A stretch of DNA of 64,000 bases, taken from Mizuhopecten yessoensis (lineage: Eukaryota). Shown in pieces: positions 1-12,200 of the stretch. Both the position numbers and the translations under genes were made by a program. The stretch's first letter is position 1, and each line of letters starts with the position of its first letter. A model generated the notes under the pieces. The model saw only the letters and a program-made list of their open reading frames with translations. It was not told where the DNA came from and did not search any database. The stretch is from positions 2,633,212 through 2,697,211 of the forward strand of contig NW_018408761.1 in the NCBI RefSeq assembly GCF_002113885.1. Reading direction: 5' to 3'.

Positions 1-3000
1 GTATAACCATCTTTACTACGGGATTAATCATCGTTACTACGGTATAACAATCGTTACTACGGTATTAACCATCCTTACTACGATATTAACCATATTTACT
101 ACGTTATTAACCGTCCTTTCTACGGTATTAACCATCGTTACTAAGGTATTAACCATCCTTACTACGGTATTAACCATATTTACTACGGTATTACCCATCC
201 TTACTACGGTATTAACCGCCCTTTCTACGGTATTAACCATCGTTACTAAGGTATTAACCATCTTTACTACGGTATTAGCCATCTTTACTACGATATTAAC
301 CATCGTTACTACGGTATAACCATCGCTACTACGGTATAACCATCTTTACTACGGGATTAATCATCGTTACTACGGTATAACAATCATTACTACGGTATTA
401 ACCATCTTTACTACGATATCAACCATCTTTGCTACGGTATTAACCATCGTTACTACGGTATTATCTACGGTATTAATCATCGTTACTACGGTATAACAAT
501 CGTTACTACGGTATTAACCATCTACTACGGTATAACCATCGTTACTACGGTATAACCATCCTTACTACGGTATTAACCATCGTTACTACGATATAACCAT
601 CGTTACTACGGTATAACCATCTTTACTACGGTATAACCATCGTTACTACGGAATTAACAATCGTTACTACGGTATTATCCATCGTTACTACGGTATAACC
701 ATCTTTACTACGGGATTAATCATCGTTACTACGGTATAACAATCATTACTACGGTATTAACCATCTTTACTACGGTATAACCATCTTTACTACGGGATTA
801 ATCATCGTTACTACGGTATAACAATCATTACTACGGTATTAACCATCTTTACTACGATATTAACCATCTTTACTACGGTATTAACAATCGTTACTAAGGT
901 ATTATCCATCGTTACTACGGTATTATCCATCGTTCCTACGGTATAACCATCGTTACTACGGTATTAACAATCGTTCTTACGGTATTATCCATCGTTACTA
1001 CGGTATTAACAATCGTTCTTACGGTATTATCCATCGTTACTACGGTATAACCATCTTTACTACGGTATTACCCTTCTTTACTACTGTATTAGCCATCGTT
1101 ACTACGGTAGTTACCATCGTTACTACGGTATTAACCATCGTTACTACGATATAACCATCGTTACTACGGTATAACCATCCTTACTACGGTATTAACCATC
1201 TTTACTACAGTATAACCATCTTTACTACGGTATTAACCTTCTTTACTACTGTATTAGCCATCGTTACTACGGTAGTTACCATCGTTACTACGGTATTAAC
1301 CATCGTTACTACGGCATAACCATCGTTACTCCGGTATAACCATCTTTACTACGGTATTAACCCTCTTTACTACTGTATTAGCCATCGTTACTACGGTAGT
1401 TACCATCGTTACTACGGTATTAACCATCGTTACTACGATATAACCATCGTTACTACGGTATAACCATCTTTACTACGGGATTAATCATCGTTACTACGGT
1501 ATAACAATCATTACTACGGTATTAACCATCTTTACTACGATATCAACCCTCTTTACTACGGTATTAACCATCGTTACTACGATATAACCATCGTTACTAC
1601 GGTATAACCATCTTTACTACGGTATAACCATCGTTACTACGGTGTTAACCATCGTTACTACGGTATTAACCATCTTTACCCCGGTATTAACCATCGTTAC
1701 TACGGTATAATCATCTTTACTACGGTATTAACCATCTTTACTAAGGATTAACAATCGTTACTACGGTATTAACCATCGTTACTACGGTATTAACAATCGT
1801 TACTACGGTATTATCCATCGTTACTACGGTATTAACCATCCTTTCTACGATATTAACCATCCTTACTACGGTATTAACCATCTTTACTACGGTATAACCA
1901 TCTTTACTACGGTATTAACCTTCTTTACTACTGTATTAGCCATCGTTACTACGGTAGTTACCATCGTTACTACGGTATTAACCATCGTTACTACGGTATT
2001 AACCATCTTTACTAAGGATTAACAATCGTTACTACGGTATTAACCATCTTTACTACGGTATTAACAATCGTCACTACGGTATTTACCATCTTTACTAATG
2101 TATTAACCATCCTTACTAAGGTATTAACAATCGTTACTACGGGATTAACCATCTTTACTACGGTATAACCATCGTTACTACGGTATTAACAATCGTTACT
2201 ACGGTATTTACCATCTTTACTAAGGTATTAACCATCCTTACTACGGTATTAACCATCCTTACTAAGGTATTAACCATCCTTACTACGGTATTAACCATCC
2301 TTACTACGGTATTACCCATCTTTACTAAGGTATTAACCATATTTGCTACGGTATTAACCATCGTTACTAAGGTATTAACAATCGTTACTAAGGTCCTACT
2401 TATCGATACTAACGTATTGACCATCATAACTAAGGTACTGACCATCATTACTAAGGTACTGACCATCGTTACTAAGTTATTGCCTATCGTACCTAAGTTA
2501 TTGCCTATCGTTACTAAGGTACTGACCATCATAACTAAGGTACTGACCAGCATAACTAAGGAACTGTCCATCATAACTAAGGAACTGACCATCATAACTA
2601 AGGTACTGACCATCAAAACTAAGGTACTGACCATCGTAACTAAGGTACTGACCATCGTAACTAAGGTACTGATCATCGTAAAAAAGGTACTGACCATCAT
2701 AACTAAGGTACTGACCATCGTAACTAAGGTACTGACCATCGTAACTAAGGTACTGACCATCGTAACTAAGGTACTGACCATCATAACTAAGGTACTGACC
2801 ATCGTAACTAAGGTACTGACCATCGTGACTAAGGTACTGACCATCCTAGCTAAGGTACTGACCATCGTAACTAAGGTACTGAACATCGTAACTAAGGTAC
2901 TGACCATCATAACTAAGGTACTGACTAGCATAACTAATGTACTGACCATCCTAGCTAAGGTACTGACCATCGTAACTAAGGTACTGACCATCGTAACTAA

Positions 3001-3592
3001 GGTACTGACCATCATAACTAAAGTACTGACCATCGTAACTAAGGTACTGACCATCATAACTAAGGTACTGACCATCGTAACTAAGGTACTGACCATCATA
3101 ACTAAGGTACTGACCATCATAACTAAGGTACTGACCATCGTATCTAAGGTACTGACCATCATGAATAAGGTACTGACCATCGTAACTAAGGTACTGACCA
3201 TTGTAACTAAGTCACTGACCATCGTAACTAAGGTACTGACCATCATAACTAAGGTACTGACTATCGTAACTTAGTTATTGCCTATCGTTAATAAGTTATT
3301 GACCATCGTTACTACGTTATTGACCATAATACTACGTTATTGACTATCGTAACTAACGTATTGCCTATCGTTACTAACGTATCGACTATCCTAGCTAAGG
3401 TACTGACCATCGTTTCTAAGTTATTGACCATCGTTTCTAAGTTATTGACCATCGTTTCTATGTTATTGACTTTCGTTACGAAGTTATTGCCTATCGTTAC
3501 TAAGGTAATGCCTATCGTTACTCACTTATTGACCATCGTAACTAAGGTACTGGCCATCGTTATTAAGGTATTGACCATCGTTACTAAGGTAT
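1..3592. repeat. 20/21-bp minisatellite array (GGTAT[T]AACCATCGTTACTAC, shifting at ~2400 to AAGGTACTGACCATCGTAACT); runs off the window start
   Basis: Directly visible tandem units. 1-2390 mixes 20- and 21-bp units; 2400-3590 is strictly 21 bp, giving the heptad-repeat ORFs (MVSTLVT / VLTIVTK). Confidence 0.97.
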
Positions 3593-3614
3593 TCCTTTGA
3601 TATATACCATTCAA

Positions 3615-5205
3615 CCACATCAGGTATCCCTCGGAGACTTACCATTTCACTACATCAGGTATCCCTCGGATATCTACCATTCTATTACATCAGGTATCTC
3701 TCGGATACTTACCATTCCACAACATGTACATCAGGTATTCCTCGGATACTGACCTTTTCAGTACATCAGGTATCCCTCGGATAATTACCATTCCACTACA
3801 TGTACATCAGGTATTCCTCGGATACTTACCATTCCTCAACACTTGGTATTCCTCAGATACTTACCATTCTGCTGCATCAGGTATTCTTGGATACTTACCA
3901 TTCCTCAACACTTGGTATCCCTCATATTCTTACCATTCTGCTGCATCAGGTATCCCTCTGATACTTACCATTCTACTACATCAGGTTTACCTCGGATACT
4001 TACCACTCCACTATATTAAGTTTCCATCAGATACGTATCATTCTACTTAATATCTCTTGGATGCTTACCGTTTCACTACACTAGGTATCCCTCGGACATT
4101 TACAATTATACTTCACTTACTACCCCTCGGATACGTATCATTCTACTTAATATCTGTCGGAAACTTACCATTTCACTACATTAGGTATCCCTTGGATATT
4201 TACCATTCGACTACATCAGGTATTCCTCGAATACTTACCATTCCACTACATCAGGAATTCCTCGGAAACTTACCATTTCACTTCACTATGTCTCCCTTTA
4301 ATACTAACCATTCCTCTACACTTGGTATCCCTCGGATACTTACCATTCCACTACTACATCAGGTACCTCGGATACTTACCATTCCGATACATGTACATCA
4401 GGTATCCCTCGGATACTTACCATTCCACCACTAAATCAGGTACATCGGATACTTTCCATTCCACCACTAAATCAGGTACATCGGATACTTACCATTCCAC
4501 CACTACATCAGGTACATCGGATACTTACCATTCCAATACATGTTCATCAGGTATCCCTCGGATACTTACCATTCCACCACTACATCAGGTACATCGGATA
4601 CTTACCATTCCAATACATGTTCATCAGGTATCCCTCGGGTACTTACCATTCCACCACTACATCAGGTACATCGGATACTTTCCATTCCAATACATGTTCA
4701 TCAGGTATCCCTCGGGTACTTACCATTCCACCACTACATCAGGTACATCGGATACTTACCATTCCAATACATGTACATCAGGTATCCCTCGGATACTTAC
4801 CATTCCAATACATTTACATCAGGTATCCCTACCAATCGACTACAACAAGAACCCTCGTAGAATTACCATTTCACTACACTGGGTATCTCTTGGATACTTA
4901 CCATTCTGCTACATCAGGTATCCCTTGGATACTTACCATTCTGCTACATCAGGTATCCCTTGGATACTTACCTTTCTGCTACATCAGGTATCCATTGGAT
5001 ACTTACCTTTCTGCTACATCAGGTATCCATTGGATACATACCATTCTGCTACATCAGGTATCCCTCGAATATTTACCATTCTACTACATCAGGTATCCCT
5101 CGGATACTTTCCATTCTGCTACATCAGGAACCCTCGGAGACTTACCATTTCGCTATACTGGGTATCCCTCGGATACTTACCATTCTACTATATCAGGTAT
5201 CCTTC
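3615..5205. repeat. ~35-bp tandem repeat (CATCAGGTATCCCTCGGATACTTACCATTCCACTA) with a 77-bp higher-order block at ~4500-4820
   Basis: Units visible. ORFs at 4540 and 4617 start with the same peptide 77 nt apart. Confidence 0.93.
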
Positions 5206-6284
5206 GATTTCATATCCTTCTCCGTGTCAGCCATATACTTCCTCGGGCTGATATGATACGGAGTAAGATATGAAAATGGTCATATGGAAACCTTTTTTTC
5301 AAAAACTGCTCTATAACATCCAAAATATTAGAAATAACATATAAAGCTAGCAGAAAATTATATTTCATGAGCTTCACCAACATCACATTCTACCTTAAAG
5401 AAAACAAAATAAACGGAATAGCAAACACAGGTGGATTATTGCAATGTGGACACTACCAGTTTGAGGTGTGATTTTTCTGAAAAGTGTTGAACCGGAAGTT
5501 AACCGATTATGGCGCGACCCGGGCGGATAGGGATTGGTCCGGGTTATGACCTATTTACAGCTAGCAGTATCACACATGCAAAGCAACCCATATCACGGAC
5601 AAGTGTATGTTAAATACCATTTCATTCCTCTTGGTATCACTCCTAAACGTACTTTAACTCGAACAAGATACACTTGTTGGCAGCAAGATGCCTGCTGTCA
5701 CCGGGGACATGATGACGTCATAGTGATGGATTCGATGCCAACTCGGCTGGCATTGCATATACGTTTTGGAAGTAATTTTGTTTTGAGGTCCAATGCGTTT
5801 TTACTTAATGCGTCTCTCATTTGTTTAGCAATACACATTTCTAAGTAGATTTCTCTGTTCCTCAGTTATCAAATTTGCGCTCAAAATCAGCTTAATTGCT
5901 TTTAAATCAATGAATGAAATGTAAAGTTGTATCTACTTTTCAAATCTAACATGGCATTGTTTCAAATTTTTTCACGCGTTTTTCATAGTTTCTACAACAG
6001 TATCTTTATTTCTTGTGGGTACCAGTAATTACAATATAAAAATACAGATTCTAATCAACTGGAATACTGTTCGACTATTGGATATTATAACTACACTGAA
6101 GGGACTTCATTTCTATCGATTTCAAATGCAATGCACTTGATTTATGACTTATAATTAAATAATGAGCACATGGTGTGGTAGCTGATGTAGAGCACGTACG
6201 TGTTAAGTGAATCAGGTGGAAGCTCGCTTCTTACACAAATATAACTCCCGTGTCTTGTTTTATATAATTGGTACAATAGTGTCG

Positions 6285-9200
6285 AGTTGTAAGGCTGGGA
6301 CAGTCTGTCTTGTTGTCGTGTAGTGAGACTAGTACAGTCTGTCTTATTGTCGTGTTATAAGGCTAGTACAGTCTGTCTTGTTGTCGTGTTGTAAGACTGG
6401 TACAGTCTGTCTTGTTGTCGTGTTATAAGGCTAGTACAGTCTGCCTTGTTGTCGTATCATAAGGCTAGGCCAGTCTGTCCTATTGTAATGTTGTAACACT
6501 GGTACAGTCTGCCTTGTTGTCGTGTTATAAGGCTAGTACAGTCTATCTTATTGTCGGGTTATAAGGCTAGTACAGTCTGTTTTGTTGTCGTGTCGTAAGA
6601 CTGGTACAGTCTGTGTTGTTGTCGTGTTGTAACACTGGTACAGTCTGCCTTGTTGTCGTGTTATAAGGCTAGTCCAGTCTGTCTTGTTGTCGTATCACAA
6701 GGCTAGTACAGTCTGTCTTATTGTCGGGTCGTAAGGCTGGTACAGTCTGTCTTGTTGTCGTGTTATAAGGCTAGTACGGTCTGTCTTGTTGTCGTGTCGT
6801 AAGACTGATACAGTCTGTCTTATTGTCGTGTCGTAAGGCTGGTACAGTCTGTCTTGTTGTCGTGTCGTAAGGCTAGTACAGTCGGTCTTGTTGTCGTGTC
6901 GTAATACTAGTACAGTCTGTCTTGTTGTAGTGTTGTAAGACTGGTACAGTCTGTCTTATTGTCGTGTTATAAGGCTAGTACGGTCTGTCTTGTTGTCGTG
7001 TTGTAACACTGGTACAGTCTGTTTTGTTTACGTGTCGTAAGGCTAGTACAGTCTATCTTATTGTCGTGTTATAAGGCTAGTACAGTCTGTCTTATTGTCG
7101 TGTTATAAGGCTAGTACAGTCTGTCTTGTTGTCGTGTTATAAGGCTGGTACAGCCTGTCTTGTTGTCGTGTCGTAAGGCTAGTACAGTCGGTCTTGTTGT
7201 CGTGTCGTAAGACTAGTACAGTCTGTCTTGTTGTAGTGTTGTAAGACTGGTACAGTCTGTCTTATTGTCGTGTTATAAGGCTAGTACGGTCTGATTTGTT
7301 GTCGTGTTGTAACACTGGTACAGTCTGTCTTGTTGTCGTGTTATAAGGCTAGTACAGTCTGTCTTATTGTCGTGTTATAAGGCTGGTACAGTCTGTCTTG
7401 TTGTCGTGTTATAAGGCTAGTACAGTCTATCTTATTGTCGTGTTATAAGGCTAGTACAGTCTGTCTTATTGTCGTGTTATAAGACTGGTACAGTCTGTCT
7501 TGTTTACGTGTCGTAAGGCTAGTACAGTCTGTCTTGTTGTCGTGTAGTAAGACTAGTACAGTCTGTCTTATTGTCGTGTTATAAGGCTAGTACAGTCTGT
7601 CTTGTTGTCGTGTTATAAGGCTAGTACGATCTGTCTTGTTGTCGTGTAGTGAGACTAGTACAGTCCGTCTTATTGTCGTGTCGTAAGGCTGGTACAGTCT
7701 GTCTGTCTTGTTGTCTTGTTGTCGTGTCGTAAGGCTAGTACGGTCCGATTTGTTGTCGTGTTGTGAGACTAGTACAGTCCGTCTTATTGTCGTGTTACAA
7801 GGCTAGTACAGTCTGGCTTGTTGTCGTGTAGGAAGACTAGTACAGTCAGTCTTGTTGTAGTGTCGTAAGACTGGTACAGTCTGTATTTGTGTCTTATCGT
7901 AGGACTGGTACAGTCTGTCTGTCTTGTTGTCGTGTTGTAACACTGGTACAGTCTGTCTTGTTGTCGTGTTGTAACACTGGTACAGTCTGTCTTGTTGTCG
8001 TTTTATAAGGCTAGTACAGTCTATCTTATTGTCGTGTTATAAGGCTAGTCCAGTCTGTCTTATTGTCGTGTCGTAAGACTGGTACAGGCTAGTACAGTCT
8101 ATCTTATTGTCGTGTTATAAGGCTAGTCCAGTCTGTCTTATTGTCGTGTTATAAGGCGAGTACAGTCTGTCTTATTGTCTTGTTATAACACTGGTACAGT
8201 CTGTCCTGTTTACGTGTCGTAAGGCTATTACAGTCTATCTTATTGTCGTGTTATAAGGCGAGTACAGTCTGTCTTATTGTGTTGTCGTGTTGTAAGACTG
8301 GGACAGTCTGTCTTGTTGTCGTGTTGTAAGACTGGTACAGTCTGTCCTATTGTCGTGTTATAAGGCGAGTACAGTCTGTCTTATTGTGTTGTCGTGTTGT
8401 AAGACTGGAACAGTCTGTCTTGTTGTCGTGTAGTAAGGCTAGTATAGTCTGTCTTGTTGTCGTGTAGTAAGGCTAGTATAGTCTGTCTTGTTGTCGTGTT
8501 GTAACACTGGTTCAGTCTGTCTTGTTGTCGTTTTATAAGGCTAGTACAGTCCATCTTATTGTCGTGTTATAAGACTGGTACAGTCTGTCTTGTTGTCGTG
8601 TTGTAACACTGGTACAGTCTGTCTTAGTGTCGTGTTATAAGGCTAGTACGGTCTGTCTTATAGTCGTGTTGTAACACTGGTACAGTCTGTCTTGTTTACG
8701 TGTCGTAAGGCTATTACAGTCTATCTTATTGTCGTGTTATAAGGCTAGTACAGTCTGTCTTATTGTCGTGTCGTAAGACTGGTACAGTCTGTGTTGTTGT
8801 CGTGTTGTAACTAACACTGGTACAGTCTGTCTTATTGTTTATAAGGCTAGCACGGTCTGTCTTGTTGTCGTGTTATAAGGCTAGTACAGTCTGTTTTGTT
8901 GTCGTGTCGTAAGACTGGTACAGTCTGTGTTGTTGTCGTGTTGTAACACTGGTACAGTCTGTCTTATTGTCGTGTTATAAGGCTAGTACAGTCTATCTTA
9001 TTGTCGTGTTATAAGGCTAGTACGGTTGGTGTCGTGTCGTAAGACTGGTACAGTCACAGTCTGTCTTGTTTACGTGTCGTAAGGCTTGTACAGTCTGTCT
9101 TATTGTCGTGTTATAAGACTAGTACGGTCTGTCTTAAAGTCGTGTTGTAAGACTTGTACAGTCTGTCTTGTTAACGTGTCGTAAGGCTAGTACAGTCTGT

Positions 9201-12200
9201 CTTGTTGTCGTGTTGTAAGACTGGTACAGTCTGTCTTATTGTCGTGTCGTAAGACTGGTACAGTCTGTCTTATTGTCGTGTCGTAAGGCAAGTACAGTCT
9301 GTCTTGTTGTCATGTCGTAAGACTGGTACAGTCTATGTTGGTGTCGTGTTGTAGGACTGGTACAGACTGTGTTGGTGTCGTATCGTAAGACTGGTGCAGT
9401 CTTTGTTGGTGTCTTGTCGTAAGACCTGTTCTGTCTTTGTTGGTGTCGTGTCGTAGGACTGGTACAGTCTGGGTTGGTGTCGTGTCGTAAGACTGGTACA
9501 GTCTGTCTTGTTGTCGTGTCGTAGGGCTAGTACAGTCTGTCTTGTTGTCATGTCGTAAGACTGGTACAGTCTGTGTTGGTGTCGTGTCGTAAGACTGGTA
9601 CAGTCTGTCTCGTTGTCGTGTCGTAGGGCTAGTACAGTCTGTCTTGTTGTCATGTCGTAAGACTGGTACAGTCTGTGATGGTGTCGTGTCGTACGACTGG
9701 TATAGTCTGTGTTGATGTCGTGTCGTAAGACTGGTACAGTCTTTGTTGGTGTCGTGTCGTAAGACTTGTTCTGTCTTTGTTGGTGTCGTGTCGTAGGACT
9801 GGTACAGTCTGTGTTGGTGTCGTGTCGTAAGACTGGTACAGTATGTGTTGGTGTCGTGTCGTAGGACTGGTAAAGTCTTTGTTGGTGTCGTGTCGTAGGA
9901 CTGGTACAGTTTGTGTTGGTGTCGTGTCGTAGGACTGGTAAAGTCTGTGTTCGTGTTGCGTCGTAAGACTTGTTCTGTCTTTGTTGGTGTCGTGTCGTAG
10001 GACTGGTACAGTCTGTGTTGGTGTTGCGTCGTAGGACTGGTACAGTCTGTGTTGGTGTCGTGTCGTAAGACTGGTACAGTCTGTGTTGGTGTCGTGTCGT
10101 AGGACTGGTAAAGTCTGTGTTGGTGTTGCGTCGTAGGACTGGTACAGTCTGTGTTGGTGTCGTGTCGTACGACTGGTATAGTCTGTGTTGATGTCGTGTC
10201 GTAAGACTGGTACAGTCTGTGTTGGTGTCGTGACGTAGGACTGGTACAGTCTGTGTTGGTGTCGTGATGTAAACTTGTACATTCTGTGTTGGTGTCGTGT
10301 CGTAGGACTGGTACAGTCTGTATTGGTGTCGTGTCGTAGGACTGGTACAGTCTATGTTGGTGTCGTTTCGTAGGTCTGGTACAGTCTGTGTTGGTGTCGT
10401 GTCGTAGGACTGGTACAGTCCTACGACACGACACCTACAGTCTATGTTGGTGTCGTTTCCTAGGTCTGGTACAGTCTGTGTTGTTGTCGTGTCGTAGGAC
10501 TGGTACAGGTTGTGTTGGTGTCGTGTCGTAGGACTGGTACAGTCTGTGTTGGTGTCGTGTCGTAGGACTGGTATAGTCTGTATTGGTGTCGCGTCGTAAG
10601 ACTGGTACAGTCTGTGTTGGTGTCGTGTCGTAGGACTGTTACAGTCTGGGTTTGTGTCATGTTGTAGGACTGGTGCAGTCCGGGTTGGTGTCGTGTCGTA
10701 GGACTGGTATAGTCTGTATTGGTGTCGTGTCGTAGGACTGGTATAGTCTGTATTGGTGTCGTGTCGTAGGACTGGTATAGTCTGTGTTGGGGTCATGTCG
10801 TAGGACTGGTACAGTCTGTGTTTGTGTTGTGTCGTAATACTTGTACAGTCTGTGTTGGGGTCGTGTCGTAGGACTGTTACAGTCTGGGTTTGTGTCATGT
10901 TGTAGGACTGGTGCAGTCTGTGTTGGTGTCGTGTCGTAATACTTGTACAGTCTGTGTTGGTGTCGTTTCGTAGGACTGGGATAGTCTGTATTGGTGTCGC
11001 GTCGTAAGACTGGTAAGACTGGTACAGTCTGTCTTATTGTCGTGTTATAAGGCTAGCACGGTCTGTCTTGTTGTCGTGTTATAAGGCTAGTACAGTCTGT
11101 TTTGTTGTCGTGTCGTAAGACTGGTACAGTCTGTGTTGGTGTCGTGTTGTAAGACTGGTACAGTCTGTCTTATTGTCGTGTTATAAGGCTAGTACGGTCT
11201 GTCTTGTTGTCGTGTTGTAACACTGGTACAGTCTGTCTTATTGTCGTGTTATAAGGCTAGCACGGTCTGTCTTGTTGTCGTGTTATAAGGCTAGTACAGT
11301 CTGTTTTGTTGTCGTGTCGTAAGACTGGTACAGTCTGTGTTTGTGTCGTGTCGTAGGACTGGTACAGTTTGTGTTGGTGTCGTGTCGTAGGACTGGGATA
11401 GTCTGTATTGGTGTCGCGTCGTAAGACTGGTACAGACTGTGTTGGTGTCGTGTCGTAGGACTGGTATAGTCTGTATTGGTGTCGTGTCGTAGGACTGGTA
11501 CAGTATGTGTTGGTGTCGTGTCGTAGGACTGGTACAGGTTGTGTTGGTGTCGTGTCGTAGGACTTGTACAGTCTGTGTTGGTGTCGTGTCGTAGGACTGG
11601 TACAGTCGGTGTTGGTGTTGTGTCGTAATACTTGTACAGTCTGTGTTGGTGTCGTGTCGTAGGACTGTTACAGTCTGAGTTTGTGTCATGTTGTAGGACT
11701 GGTGCAGTCTGGGTTGGTGTCGAGTCGTAATACTTGTACAGTCTGGGTTGGTGTCATGGCGTAGGACTGGTAAAGTCTGTGTTGGTGTTGCGTCGTAGGA
11801 CTGGTACAGTCTGTGTTGGCGTCGCGTCGTAGGACTGGTACAGTTTGTGGTAGTGTCGTCTCGGAGGACTGGTATAGTCTCTGTTGGTGTCGTGTCGTAG
11901 GACTAGTACAGTCGGTGTTGGTGTTGTGTAGTAGGACTGGTACAGTCTGGGTTGGTGTCGTGTCGTAGTACTGGTTCGGTCTGTGTTGGTGTCGTGTCGT
12001 ACGACTGGTATAGTCTGGGTTGATGTCGTGTCGTAAGACTGGTACAGTCTTTGTTGGGGTCGGGTCGTAAGACTTGTTCTGTCTTTGTTGGTGTCGTGTC
12101 GTAAGACTTTTTCTGTCTTTGATGGTGTCGTGTCGTAGGACTGGTTCAGTCGGTGTTGGTGTTGTGTCGTAATACTTGTACAGTCTGTGTTGGAGTCGTG

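Noticed and set aside
37-3600. Long heptad-repeat ORFs on both strands (MVSTLVT / VLTIVTK)
   Set aside because: A 21-bp unit lacking stops in those frames gives open frames automatically; 20-bp units break the frame in the adjacent part of the same array; no splice context or domain.
3724-5273. Overlapping ORFs up to 309 aa
   Set aside because: The same peptides appear in all three frames, the signature of a tandem unit not divisible by 3.
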